A program made the translations under genes and the position numbers. A stretch of DNA of 64,000 nt, from the NCBI GenBank assembly GCA_963693365.1, contig CAVNZM010000003.1, positions 12,677,252-12,741,251 of the forward strand, given 5' to 3'. The stretch's first letter is position 1, and the number at the start of each line of letters is the position of its first letter. This stretch comes from Amoebidium appalachense (taxonomy: Eukaryota > Protista > Ichthyosporea). The notes under the pieces were generated by a model, which saw only the letters and a list, made by a program, of their open reading frames with translations, was not told where the DNA came from and did no database searches. Of this stretch, positions 29,085 through 40,456 are shown in pieces.

Positions 29085-29441
29085 ATGTCTGCGGTAGGCT
29101 ACGACGAGGCGTTCGTGCGCGAGCGACTGGCCAAGGTCGAGGACGGGGTGTGCGAGGTGCCCACTCGGGCCGGCCGGATCGACGTGCTGACCAGCACACA
29201 GGTCATCGAGGTCCAGCGTGTATCGCAGTGGACGACGGCGATCGGAAACGTGCTCGCATACAGCCACTACTACCCCGACCGACAACCGAGGATCCACCTG
29301 TTCGACTATGCGCCGGCAGACGTGTACAGGATTGCCGTGCAAACCATCACGTCGCTGAACATCACGCTTACAACCGAAGAGGACACGTTGCAGCTGATTT
29401 GGGGGGACGGCGCGGGCAAAGACGTAAAAGATGAAAAATAA
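29085..29441 (+). CDS. PD-(D/E)XK nuclease-like domain protein, paralogue 3 (likely inactive)
   Basis: GRIDVLTSTQVIEVQRVSQWTTAIGNVLAYSHYYP...RIHLF; EVK changed to EVQ. Confidence 0.8.
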   Translation: MSAVGYDEAFVRERLAKVEDGVCEVPTRAGRIDVLTSTQVIEVQRVSQWTTAIGNVLAYSHYYPDRQPRIHLFDYAPADVYRIAVQTITSLNITLTTEEDTLQLIWGDGAGKDVKDEK

Positions 29442-29459
29442 ATAAAGAAGCCATGGGCA

Positions 29460-29900
29460 AAAAGTCAAAGCAGCGCAGAGTTGGCCAATAAACGGTCAAA
29501 GCAGCGCAGAGTTGGCCAATATCCATCCAGTCAACCAAACACGAACCCTTTTGGTCAATATCCGGTCAACCCGAACTCGTGTTTGGCGAAAATCTAGTGA
29601 ACCCAAAACGAACATCGCGCGAACCCCTGCCAATATCCGGTCAACCCGAACTCGTGTTTGGCGAAAATCTAGTGAACCCAAAACGAACATCGCGCGAACC
29701 CCTGCCAATATCCGGTCAACCAAACACGAACCCTCGGTCAATATCTTTCGATCCACGGAGCATCCATTTCAATATTGATCGAATCACGGAGACCACCTTT
29801 GAATAATGCTTGAATCGTATTCACCCGTTATTCAATCTGATTGGTCGAAACATTAAATCTGATTGTACGAAACCGGTTCAATCTGATTGGTCGAAACCGT
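29460..29900. repeat. Non-coding iteron-like element, copy B (2 x 75-bp units plus ATTGG cluster)
   Basis: Shares ACGGTCAAAGCAGCGCAG, CAATATC motifs and TTTGAATAATGCTTGAATC...ATTCACCCG.TATTC.ATCTGATTGGTCGAAA with copy A. Confidence 0.85.
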
Positions 29901-30084
29901 TTATTGACAGGAGTCCCAATTGTTGGGGATGACAGGCTGGCTACCACCCCAGCACGTGCTTCTCCAGGAAGCGCACGGGGTACACCTTGACCGGGTGCAG
30001 GCAAAGACGTAAAAGATGAAAAATAAATAGAGAAGCCACGGGCAAGAGGGTGGGAAGCCCCCCTCCCCCAAAAAACAAAAGAAA

Positions 30085-30150
30085 GAGCGCACGGTCATAG
30101 CGCTCGTGCTCCTCTCAAACAACACAGGTGCAAGCGCACGCATTGCCCCC

Positions 30151-30201
<51 letters not shown>

Positions 30202-30325
30202 ACACACACCCACAAAGCGCCCGGTGATAGCGCTCATGCCTCATCTCTCAAACAACACATGTGGAAGCGCCCGGTGATAGCGCTCATGACCCTACTCCCA
30301 AACAACACAGGTGCAAGCGCACGCA

Positions 30326-30357
<32 letters not shown>

Positions 30358-30495
30358 ACCCCCCCCCCCCCCCCCACATACACAAAGCGCCCGGTGATAG
30401 CGCTCATGCCTCATCTCTCAAACAACACATGTGGAAGCGCCCGGTGATAGCGCTCATGACCCTACTCCCAAACAACACAGGTGCAAGCGCACGCA

Positions 30496-30526
<31 letters not shown>

Positions 30527-30531
30527 ACCCC

Positions 30532-30568
<37 letters not shown>

Positions 30569-30691
30569 ACATACACAAAGCGCCCGGTGATAGCGCTCAT
30601 GCCTCATCTCTCAAACAACACATGTGGAAGCGCCCGGTGATAGCGCTCATGACCCTACTCCCAAACAACACAGGTGCAAGCGCATGCATCG

Positions 30692-30722
<31 letters not shown>

Positions 30723-30960
30723 ACACACATACAACGGCATTCGGGTACACACATGCACACTTTGCATCCCCCCTCCCCCCCCCCCACACAAAGGCATTCG
30801 GGTACACACATGCACACTTTGCATCCCCCCTCCCCCACACACATACAAAGGCATTCGGGTACACACATGCACACTTTGCATCCCCCTCCCCCACACACAT
30901 ACAAAGGCATTCGGGTACACACATGCACACTTTGCATCCCCCTCCCCCCACCCCCTTCGT
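30085..30960. repeat. Compound satellite with poly-C spacers (about 190-bp units x3, then about 55-bp units x4)
   Basis: AAGCGCCCGGTGATAGCGCTCATG...AAACAACACAGGTGCAAGCGCACG repeated; then GGCATTCGGGTACACACATGCACACTTTGCATCCCC x4. Confidence 0.9.
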
Positions 30961-31038
30961 GAGAATGCACTGAGTGTCACATATTTATAATAAGTTGAAT
31001 TTTATTGATTGTGAAAAAGCACGAAGTCGCCTACCCTG

Positions 31039-32805
31039 CTAGTAATATGGTGATACCGATCCGTCAGGCCATTGATAGTAAAAAGGCACGAAGTCGCCTG
31101 GCCTGCTGGTAATATGGTGATACCGATCACAGTCAGGCCAAAGTTCATCCCATGTGTTGGTTGCTGCTTCATAATACAACCAGTGGTCGTATGGTTCACC
31201 AACTACTTGCACATGGTTATTCCTGATGGCATCCTCGAGGGCTGTCTGACACGGCAGTTGCGGGTACCAATCCGCACCATCCAAAACCTCGGCGATAGGA
31301 ACAGCACTCCACAGGGCATCCGCGCTGGGAGACGTGTCAGGCTGGCCCGTGGTCTTGTTAATACCGATATAGCTGCTGCGCTGTTGTTCCAAATGGTCGG
31401 AGGGGGTTTCTACCCAATAATTCTCGATTTCTGCCTGCCACGGGCAGACGCCGTCGGCATCGTTGAGCATGATTTGGTCATATCCACTCGGGGGGTAGAT
31501 GACGGCCGCTTGCCGGGTTTCGGTGTCGTAAGCATACAACCCGTCAACAACGAATGGCAAATCTCTACCTTGCCCCTCCTCTTTGGCTGTTGTGAACTCT
31601 TCGCGCTCAACATCTTTCCTGATTGTGTCAATGAAGTCTCCCCAATCGAAGGGAAGCACCATGACGTGTCGTTTGTTCATGACGTCCACAAGCATCTGCC
31701 ACGACACGCCCACTTGCAGACGATGCATGTATGTGGAAATTTCGACGGTTTCGATGTCGGTATCGATCTGGCCCAGGGGAACAAACTCGCCTTCTTCCTG
31801 CCCTTCCTGAATCTCGTAAGCAAAATATCCCGTGTACCGCCCGAATATGTTTTTGCGCTCGGCAGGCCCACCCTCGCTGTAATCCGCCTGGACCCTGTCA
31901 ATTAAATTCGAAAGCTTTTTGTCCCATCCCAGCTTGTGTCTAATGATGTTTGTGTAGTCGTACAGGTGGGCTTGGGTACGGGGTGCAGTTGTAACTGGCG
32001 GGTTTGAGGCAGCTTGTGCCAAAATATTGGCCTTTTGGGTGGCCATATCTAGTATTATAGTCGCATGGACATCGTCGTAGCCGTCGTCGTCGTGGTCCCT
32101 CCGGTGGGCATAATGGTCCATCCATCGCAGCAGCAAACACGTGTTAAACGACTCTAACGTATACGCAGAGCTGTCTAACTTGACAACTCCTGCAGACCCT
32201 CGCAACCACGCAGTGCACGGCGGGTAATGCCGCAGTTTGCCGTCCCCCGTGTACCCCTCACTGGGGTGTGTCTCTACGATCCTTCTAATAGCATCCTCAG
32301 GTAGTAAACCCCACCAGTTCCAGAACCTACTATCCTGAAAATCACTGTTATTCGCTATCGCGTATTGGACATCCGCCAACGTGGATGTTGCAAAAAACAT
32401 ATCGGCAAAGCTCTCGCTCGTTTTTTGGTCCAGTTCGGACATTTTTGCCGCAATCTCTGCTGCTGTGGCCTGCATCACCGTCCTAGTTGGAAGGCAACAG
32501 CGCCCTTCAGGGTTGTACACGGCCAGCTTGTCATAGCTTCGGAGGTACACCGCGGTGCATGCACGGAAACCTGCTTTCAACTCTTCCTGCAGTTGCAATA
32601 GACTCAACGAGGTGTCTACCTCAAACACAACAAAAGGGTGCAACGTTTCCACTAGAGTGACATTTTCGGGGGTTGAAACCGTGGCAAGGCCGTTGGTGTT
32701 TGCAAGAGAAAACACTGCAACATCTTCCCCTACAGGGCCTAACAACAGCGGTGTCCTCGATGGAATGATCCGAACACGCACTGGCATTGAGGGTGCAAGT
32801 CCCAT
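31039..32805 (-). CDS. 588-aa hypothetical protein, putative N-myristoylated
   Basis: Long intronless ORF, lower GC than the viral core, starts MGLAPS; AATAAA downstream. Confidence 0.8.
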   Translation of the reverse strand: MGLAPSMPVRVRIIPSRTPLLLGPVGEDVAVFSLANTNGLATVSTPENVTLVETLHPFVVFEVDTSLSLLQLQEELKAGFRACTAVYLRSYDKLAVYNPEGRCCLPTRTVMQATAAEIAAKMSELDQKTSESFADMFFATSTLADVQYAIANNSDFQDSRFWNWWGLLPEDAIRRIVETHPSEGYTGDGKLRHYPPCTAWLRGSAGVVKLDSSAYTLESFNTCLLLRWMDHYAHRRDHDDDGYDDVHATIILDMATQKANILAQAASNPPVTTAPRTQAHLYDYTNIIRHKLGWDKKLSNLIDRVQADYSEGGPAERKNIFGRYTGYFAYEIQEGQEEGEFVPLGQIDTDIETVEISTYMHRLQVGVSWQMLVDVMNKRHVMVLPFDWGDFIDTIRKDVEREEFTTAKEEGQGRDLPFVVDGLYAYDTETRQAAVIYPPSGYDQIMLNDADGVCPWQAEIENYWVETPSDHLEQQRSSYIGINKTTGQPDTSPSADALWSAVPIAEVLDGADWYPQLPCQTALEDAIRNNHVQVVGEPYDHWLYYEAATNTWDELWPDCDRYHHITSRPGDFVPFYYQWPDGSVSPYY

Positions 32806-32875
32806 TGCTGACAGCGAAATATTATAATTCTGCCTATACCCTACATGCCAAATCCTGTTGTGTTTTCGTGCAGCT

Positions 32876-33134
32876 GAGCGCTATCACCGTGCGCTTGTAC
32901 CTGTGTTGTTGGAGAGTACGGTCATGAGCGCTATCACCGTGCGCTTGCACCTGTGTTGTTGGAGAGTACGGTCATGAGCGCTATCACCGTGCGCTTGCAC
33001 CTGTGTTGTTGGAGAGTACGGTCATGAGCGCTATCACCGTGCGCTTGCACCTGTGTTGTTGGAGAGTACGGTCATGAGCGCTATCACCGTGCGCTTGCAC
33101 CTGTGTTGTTGGAGAGTACGGTCATGAGCGCTAT

Positions 33135-33135
<1 letters not shown>
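32876..33135. repeat. 50-bp tandem repeat x5, inverted relative to the 30.1-30.7 kb satellite
   Basis: GAGCGCTATCACCGTGCGCTTGCACCTGTGTTGTTGGAGAGTACGGTCAT units. Confidence 0.95.
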
Positions 33136-33166
<31 letters not shown>

Positions 33167-33322
33167 TCCTCCCATCTACCCGCACAACCCCAACCCCACA
33201 TTATATCGTGCACCGGGTAACATGGACGCTGGCGCACCCCCTTCCCCCACCCAGCCCATTCGCACCCCCCTCCCCCGATCCGCACAAGCCCGCGCAGCAC
33301 CCCCGGGCCCTCCCCCATCCTA

Positions 33323-33616
33323 TTGGCCATCCTGGCCGGCCTGATCCTCTACGTGCTCTGGGACACGTTCAGCCCACGTGTGCGGCGGCGCCTGGCAGTG
33401 CTCAAGTGCCAGCGCGCGTGCCCAATGTGTGCCAGCTGCGGCAGCTGCGTTCCCCGCCGCAAGTGTGCGCACTGCCCCCGCTGCCACGTGTGCGGTGCCA
33501 GCCCCGCCCGGTGCGCACAGTGCCCCGCATGCACGCGCTGCCCGCCCGAGCAGAAGTGCCCGGCGTGCCCCACGTGTGCGCATGCGCCTGCGGTGGTGAT
33601 CAAGGAGCGCACTTGA
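33323..33616 (+). CDS. Membrane-anchored Cys-rich (CxxC repeat) protein; start unresolved
   Basis: TM segment ILLAILAGLILYVLW followed by repeated CxxC/CPxC. The ATG at 33222 is out of frame across C-runs. Confidence 0.6.
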   Translation: MAILAGLILYVLWDTFSPRVRRRLAVLKCQRACPMCASCGSCVPRRKCAHCPRCHVCGASPARCAQCPACTRCPPEQKCPACPTCAHAPAVVIKERT

Positions 33617-33652
33617 AGGGTTGGGGGGGCAGAGATTTTTGTGGCATAGAGT

Positions 33653-33913
33653 ATGGCGTACCGATGGGAGTACAAGCTGAAGGAGGAGCCCGGCAAGGCA
33701 CCCGTGGTGCAGGCAACTATTGTGCCGACCGAGGCCACCACCCGGCGGACGCAGATGGAGCAACGAGCATACGCACAAGAGCTTGCGGAAAAGGGCTATA
33801 TAGATCTGCCCGATGAGTTGGCGGAGAAGTGTGGATTCAAGAAGTGGGTGCCGAAGAATCAACGACAGACAGCAATTGTACTGCAGAAGATGATGGAGCC
33901 TGAGGATGCATAG
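33653..33913 (+). CDS. Small hypothetical protein
   Basis: 86-aa ATG ORF with coding-like composition. Confidence 0.55.
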   Translation: MAYRWEYKLKEEPGKAPVVQATIVPTEATTRRTQMEQRAYAQELAEKGYIDLPDELAEKCGFKKWVPKNQRQTAIVLQKMMEPEDA

Positions 33914-34118
33914 AGACCTACACAAGCCAAAGGATGAATGGACTCACACCACAAACATGGAAAATGTAAATGACGAGAGAATCTCCACAAACATGGAAAA
34001 TGTAAATGACGAGAGAATCTGTTGGGATGTTTAATTTTGATGAGCTGGAGTCTATCTCCCCCCCCCCCTCCCCCCTGCCCTACACCGTTCAATGAAAACT
34101 TGGTAGCATGTGTATCAT

Positions 34119-34340
<222 letters not shown>

Positions 34341-34559
34341 ACAATGTACGTGCCAGTGTGCTTGTACACAGATTGAAAAGGAGACTTGGGGTATATTAAA
34401 TGGAGTCTCTCCCGCTACCACGGGCAAATACATTCAATAATCATTACGGAAACTTGGTACTGTTACCGGGCAAATACAATATACATGAAAATTTGGATAA
34501 GATTGAAGCAGATCACATTCGAATAAACATTACAGAAAACTTGGTATGAAAACTTTGTA

Positions 34560-35140
34560 CCACGTCTTTCCTCCACCACACCCATCACAAACCCTAAGTA
34601 AGATGTGAATGTGGGGCCTACCCGCCGCCACCACCACAACTACGTTTCCCCCACTGCACCCACCACAAACCCTAAGTAAGATGTGAATGTGGGGCCTACC
34701 CGCCGCCACCACCACAACTACGTTTCCCCCACCGCACCCACCACAAACCCTAAGTAAGATGTGAATGTGGGGCCTACCCGCCGCCACCACCACAACTACG
34801 TTTCCCCCACCGCACCCACCACAAACCCTAAGTAAGATGTGAATGTGGGGCCTACCCGCCGCCACCACCACAACTACGTTTCCCCCACCGCACCCACCAC
34901 AAACCCTAAGTAAGATGTGAATGTGGGGCCTACCCGCCGCCACCACCACAACTACGTTTCCCCCACCGCACCCACCACAAACCCTAAGTAAGATGTGAAT
35001 GTGGGGCCTACCCGCCGCCACCACCACAACTACGTTTCCCCCACCGCACCCACCACAAACCCTAAGTAAGATGTGAATGTGGGGCCTACCCGCCGCCACC
35101 ACCACAACTACGTTTCCCCCACCGCACCCACCACAAACCA
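34560..35140. repeat. 78-bp minisatellite, about 7 copies
   Basis: AAACCCTAAGTAAGATGTGAATGTGGGGCCTACCCGCCGCC... at 78-bp period. Confidence 0.97.
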
Positions 35141-35148
35141 TGTGTGGT

Positions 35149-35469
35149 CTACCCACTCAAAAGCTCCTCCTCGAACTGCTCGATGTCAGCCTTGTACTTC
35201 TCTCTCAGCTTTTTCCACTGTGCATGGGACACCTGTGGGTTGATAGTTGGGTGTAAGTAGTAGTCCAGCCAGGTGATTTGTTTATGCAAGGCTCAGACAT
35301 CACTGTATGCCATTACCTCAAACACACCCACGCACCCACCAATACACCACCATGGCACACACCCACAGGAAACGAACTCCTACGTGTGGACCAGGTCAAG
35401 AAAAACTCTGCAAGGACCCAAAAAACCGTTTTTACGAACCCCTACATGTAATTGTGAATGCTAGGGCAT

Positions 35470-35557
<88 letters not shown>

Positions 35558-35621
35558 GTGTTTTTTTGTTTGTTGTTTTTTTTTGGTTTGTTTTTTTTTT
35601 TTGTTTTTTTTTTGTTGTTGT

Positions 35622-35652
<31 letters not shown>

Positions 35653-36059
35653 GGGGGTACCTCGAAAACGAGTTCCCTGTCAGTGTAGCCACACGTGCGT
35701 GCCGGGGGGGGCTTCTTGCCAGCGACCACAAGCCAGTTGACCGTGGCAAAATTTACCGCCTCGGCCAAGCTGCTACCAGTAGCATACCCAAAGTGGTATG
35801 CCCCAGGCAATGTGTAGATGACCTCGCCGGCCTGCTGAACCGTGTGCTGCACAGGGACACCCTTCTTCATCAAGTAACGGGGGTGGATGAACACAGACTG
35901 TCCCACCCACATGTTAGTCATATGAAAAACCGGGTGGTCGTTTTTGTAAGTGCTTTTTTGTTTTTTGTTCTTCACGTCATTCACGTCAGTGTCTACCACT
36001 CCCTCTCTCTCTCTTCTTGTAGTCCTCTGTTGTGTGTGTGGTCGTTTTTTTTTTTGTTT

Positions 36060-36090
<31 letters not shown>

Positions 36091-38171
36091 GGGGGTGAGG
36101 GATTACCTTATGCTGTGTGACTTTCTTGCAGATACCGGCCCCCGAAAGGCCAAGCCTCTTGTAGATATCCTCGAGGATAGACGTGACCTGTCCATTGTAC
36201 TCTGCACTGACTATATACCAGCTTTTGTCTCCGGGCCCACGGGTCATGATGTTGACACTTCCGAGCAGAACGTCTTCTGTGTGGGGCACAAACGGACCCC
36301 CAGTCGTGACACTGCAAAGAGGCATGGGATTAGTTGGGGCTAAAACAGTAATTACTTCCGACTAGATGTGGCTCCGATACATTCCGAAAACACCGACCCA
36401 TACACACACCCAGGATGGTTCTGTGAACATAAGGGGCATTTTGCAAGCCTGCCTTTTTCCTTTGTTTAATAATAAAAATTATTTTTTTTTTTTTTTGGGG
36501 GGGGGGGGGAGGGGCATACTTATAGAGCATCGGTGTTGAGATGCCCACACGATTCTTGAATTCTCTTGATACTATTGAGTCAACCGTCTCCAAGCTGAAC
36601 ATGTAGTCGATTTCTTTCCTCACCACCTGTCCCTCCTGTTAGTGCCTTCATGTTCACCATTCAACAACACACAGCATGCCTACATATACCCACCACAGTG
36701 CATCAACACAACATACACTCTCCGCTGCACACACTCCGCACAAACGCACGCACGCACGCATGCCTACACAACATACACTCTCCGCACAAACACACGCACG
36801 CACGCATCCCTACACAACATACACTCTCCGCACAAACACACGCACGCACGCATCCCTACACAACATACACTCTCCGCACAAACACACGCACGCACGCATC
36901 CCTACACAACATACACTCTCCGAACAAACACACGCACGCACGCATCCCTACACAACATACATTCTCCGCACAAACACACGCACGCACGCATCCCTACACA
37001 ACATACACTCTCCGAACAAACACACGCACGCACGCATGCCTACACAACATACACTCTCCGCACAAACACACGCACGCACGCATCCCTACACAACATACAC
37101 TCTCCGAACAAACACACGCACGCACGCATGCCTACACAACATACACTCTCCGCACAAACACACACACGCATGCATGCCTACACAACATACACTCTCCGCA
37201 CAAACACACACACGCACGCATGCCTACACAACATACACTCTCCGCACAAACACACGATCCGCACAAACACACACACGCACGCATGCCTACACAACATACA
37301 CTCTCCGCACAAACACACAATCCGCACAAACACACGCACGCACGCATGCCTACACAACATACACTCTCCGCACAAACACACGCACGCACGCATGCCTACA
37401 CAACATACACTCTCCGCACAAACACACGCACACAACATACAATCTCCGCCGCACACACACGTACCTCACTGGGTGTATGGGTGTTTTTAAGAGGCTTCAG
37501 ATCTGTTCCGTAAAGGAACATTGATCTTTCACCGTCCGATAGGGAGTCCAACAACCTCCAAAACTCCTCCTCCCCCAACGTATCCCCCTGCCCAATCGTG
37601 TTAGCCCCTGTTCATGGTAACCACATCCTAATGGTTGCAAATACGCACCTCTGGAATTTGCCCTGTGATGTCCTCCCTATAAACGAGGAAGACGTCCTTG
37701 ATGGTGGTACCCTCCACCCAAATCCGGGTGTAGGATTTTCTCACTCGTGTGGCCCGAGCAGCCTTTTCCAGCCCCTGCACTGCCGGCTCGGGAGGCACGA
37801 ACTTGACGGCACCAGCTGCCCGAACTTCGTGTTGTTTCTCCATCGACAAACTTATCTCCTCCAAGGAGAGCTTTTCTAGATACACTTGGCGGAGATGTTT
37901 TACGGGTACCTCGTTGAACCCCGCCACCTCCCCAGTCTCGGTGTCTTGTTGTTGCCCCCTGTCCACCTCTTCCGCTTCTTGCTCTGTGTGTGCGTGTGTG
38001 TGGGGGGATTAGCCGAGTGCATGCATGCGTGCAGGTGCCTTCCCGTGGTGTGTGTGTGTGGGGGGGGGGGGGGGGGGGGGTGGGGGGATTAGCCGAGTGC
38101 ATGCATGCGTGCAGGTGCCTGGGGGGGGGATTAGCCGAGTGCATGCATGCGTGCAGGTGCCTTCCCGTGGT

Positions 38172-38202
<31 letters not shown>

Positions 38203-38286
38203 GATTAGCCGAGTGCATGCATGCGTGCAGGTGCCTGGGGGGGGGGATTAGCCGAGTGCATGCATGCGTGCAGGTGCCTTCCCGTG

Positions 38287-38317
<31 letters not shown>

Positions 38318-38454
38318 GGGATTAGCCGAGTGCATGCATGCGTGCAGGTGCCTGGGGGGGGGGGGGATTAGCCGAGTGCATGCATGCGTGCAGGTGCCTG
38401 GGGGGGGGGGGGGGATTAGCCGAGTGCATGCATGCGTGCAGGTGCCTTCCCGTG

Positions 38455-38485
<31 letters not shown>

Positions 38486-38533
38486 GGGGGGGGATTAGCC
38501 GAGTGCATGCATGCGTGCAGGTGCCTTCCCGTG

Positions 38534-38564
<31 letters not shown>

Positions 38565-38614
38565 GGGGGGGGGGATTAGCCGAGTGCATGCATGCGTGCA
38601 GGTGCCTTCCCGTG

Positions 38615-38659
<45 letters not shown>

Positions 38660-38781
38660 TTAGCCGAGTGCATGCATGCGTGCAGGTGCCTTCCCGTGGT
38701 GTGTGTGTGTGGGGGGGGGGGGGGGGGGGGGGGGGGGGGATTAGCCGAGTGCATGCATGCGTGCAGGTGCCTTCCCGTGGT

Positions 38782-38812
<31 letters not shown>

Positions 38813-38868
38813 GGGGGGATTAGCCGAGTGCATGCATGCGTGCAGGTGCCTTCCCGTGGTGTGTGTGT

Positions 38869-38901
<33 letters not shown>

Positions 38902-38940
38902 TTAGCCGAGTGCATGCATGCGTGCAGGTGCCTCCCCGTG

Positions 38941-38988
<48 letters not shown>

Positions 38989-39027
38989 TTAGCCGAGTGC
39001 ATGCATGCGTGTAGGTGCCTTCCCGTG

Positions 39028-39058
<31 letters not shown>

Positions 39059-39115
39059 GGGGGGGGGGTGTGGGGATTAGCCGAGTGCATGCATGCGTGT
39101 AGGTGCCTTCCCGTG

Positions 39116-39163
<48 letters not shown>

Positions 39164-39204
39164 TTAGCCGAGTGCATGCATGCCTGTAGGTGCCTTCCCG
39201 TGGT

Positions 39205-39235
<31 letters not shown>

Positions 39236-39298
39236 GGGGGGGGGGGATTAGCCGAGTGCATGCATGCGTGTAGGTGCCTTCCCGTGGTGTGTGTGTGT

Positions 39299-39337
<39 letters not shown>

Positions 39338-39559
39338 TTAGCCGAGTGCATGCATGCGTGTAGGTGCCTTCCCGTGGTGTGTGTGTGTGTGGGGGGGGGG
39401 TGGGGGGATTAGCCGAGTGCATGCATGCGTGCAGGTGCCTGGGGGGGGATTAGCCGAGTGCATGCATGCGTGCAGGTGCCTTCCCAGTGCATGCATGCGT
39501 GCAGGTGCCTGGGGGGGGGATTAGCCGAGTGCATGCATGCGTGCAGGTGCCTTCCCGTG

Positions 39560-39605
<46 letters not shown>

Positions 39606-39798
39606 TTAGCCGAGTGCATGCATGCGTGCAGGTGCCTGGGGGGGGGGATTAGCCGAGTGCATGCATGCGTGCAGGTGCCTGGGGGGGATTAGCCGAGTGC
39701 ATGCATGCGTGCAGGTGCCTTCCCAGTGCATGCATGCGTGCAGGTGCCTGGGGGGGGGATTAGCCGAGTGCATGCATGCGTGCAGGTGCCTTCCCGTG

Positions 39799-39829
<31 letters not shown>

Positions 39830-39924
39830 GGGGGGGGGGGGATTAGCCGAGTGCATGCATGCGTGCAGGTGCCTGGGGGGGGGGATTAGCCGAGTGCATG
39901 CATGCGTGCAGGTGCCTTCCCGTG

Positions 39925-39955
<31 letters not shown>

Positions 39956-40006
39956 GGGGGGGGGGGATTAGCCGAGTGCATGCATGCGTGTAGGTGCCTT
40001 CCCGTG

Positions 40007-40037
<31 letters not shown>

Positions 40038-40198
40038 GGGGGGGGATTAGCCGAGTGCATGCATGCGTGCAGGTGCCTGGGGGGGGGATTAGCCGAGTGC
40101 ATGCATGCGTGCAGGTGCCTTCCCGTGGTGTGTGTGGGGGGGGGGGGGGGGGGGGGGGATTAGCCGAGTGCATGCATGCGTGCAGGTGCCTTCCCGTG

Positions 40199-40229
<31 letters not shown>

Positions 40230-40276
40230 GGGGGGGATTAGCCGAGTGCATGCATGCGTGCAGGTGCCTTCCCGTG

Positions 40277-40323
<47 letters not shown>

Positions 40324-40406
40324 TTAGCCGAGTGCATGCATGCGTGCAGGTGCCTGGGGGGGGGATTAGCCGAGTGCATGCATGCGTGCAGGTGCCTTCC
40401 CGTGGT

Positions 40407-40456
<50 letters not shown>

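Larger units (their letters stand above)
1..33950. mobile_element. Endogenous giant-virus-like (Nucleocytoviricota) element, intronless core; left end lies outside the window and the right end may extend to about 49.9 kb
   Basis: Tightly packed intronless ORFs including an A22-like resolvase, A16/G9-like protein, Nudix, SF3 helicase, Bro-like/T5orf172 and penton-like genes. The block is contiguous with intron- and microsatellite-rich eukaryotic DNA. Confidence 0.88.

Noticed and set aside
1-33950. Polinton/Maverick or virophage call
   Set aside because: No protein-primed PolB, retroviral integrase or packaging ATPase is seen. A22-like, A16/G9-like and Nudix genes point to Nucleocytoviricota.
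34560-35140. Telomere-like AAACCCTAA motif, and the 208-aa repeat ORF
   Set aside because: There is one motif per 78-bp unit rather than a tandem telomeric tract. The ORF is a by-product of a unit length divisible by three.
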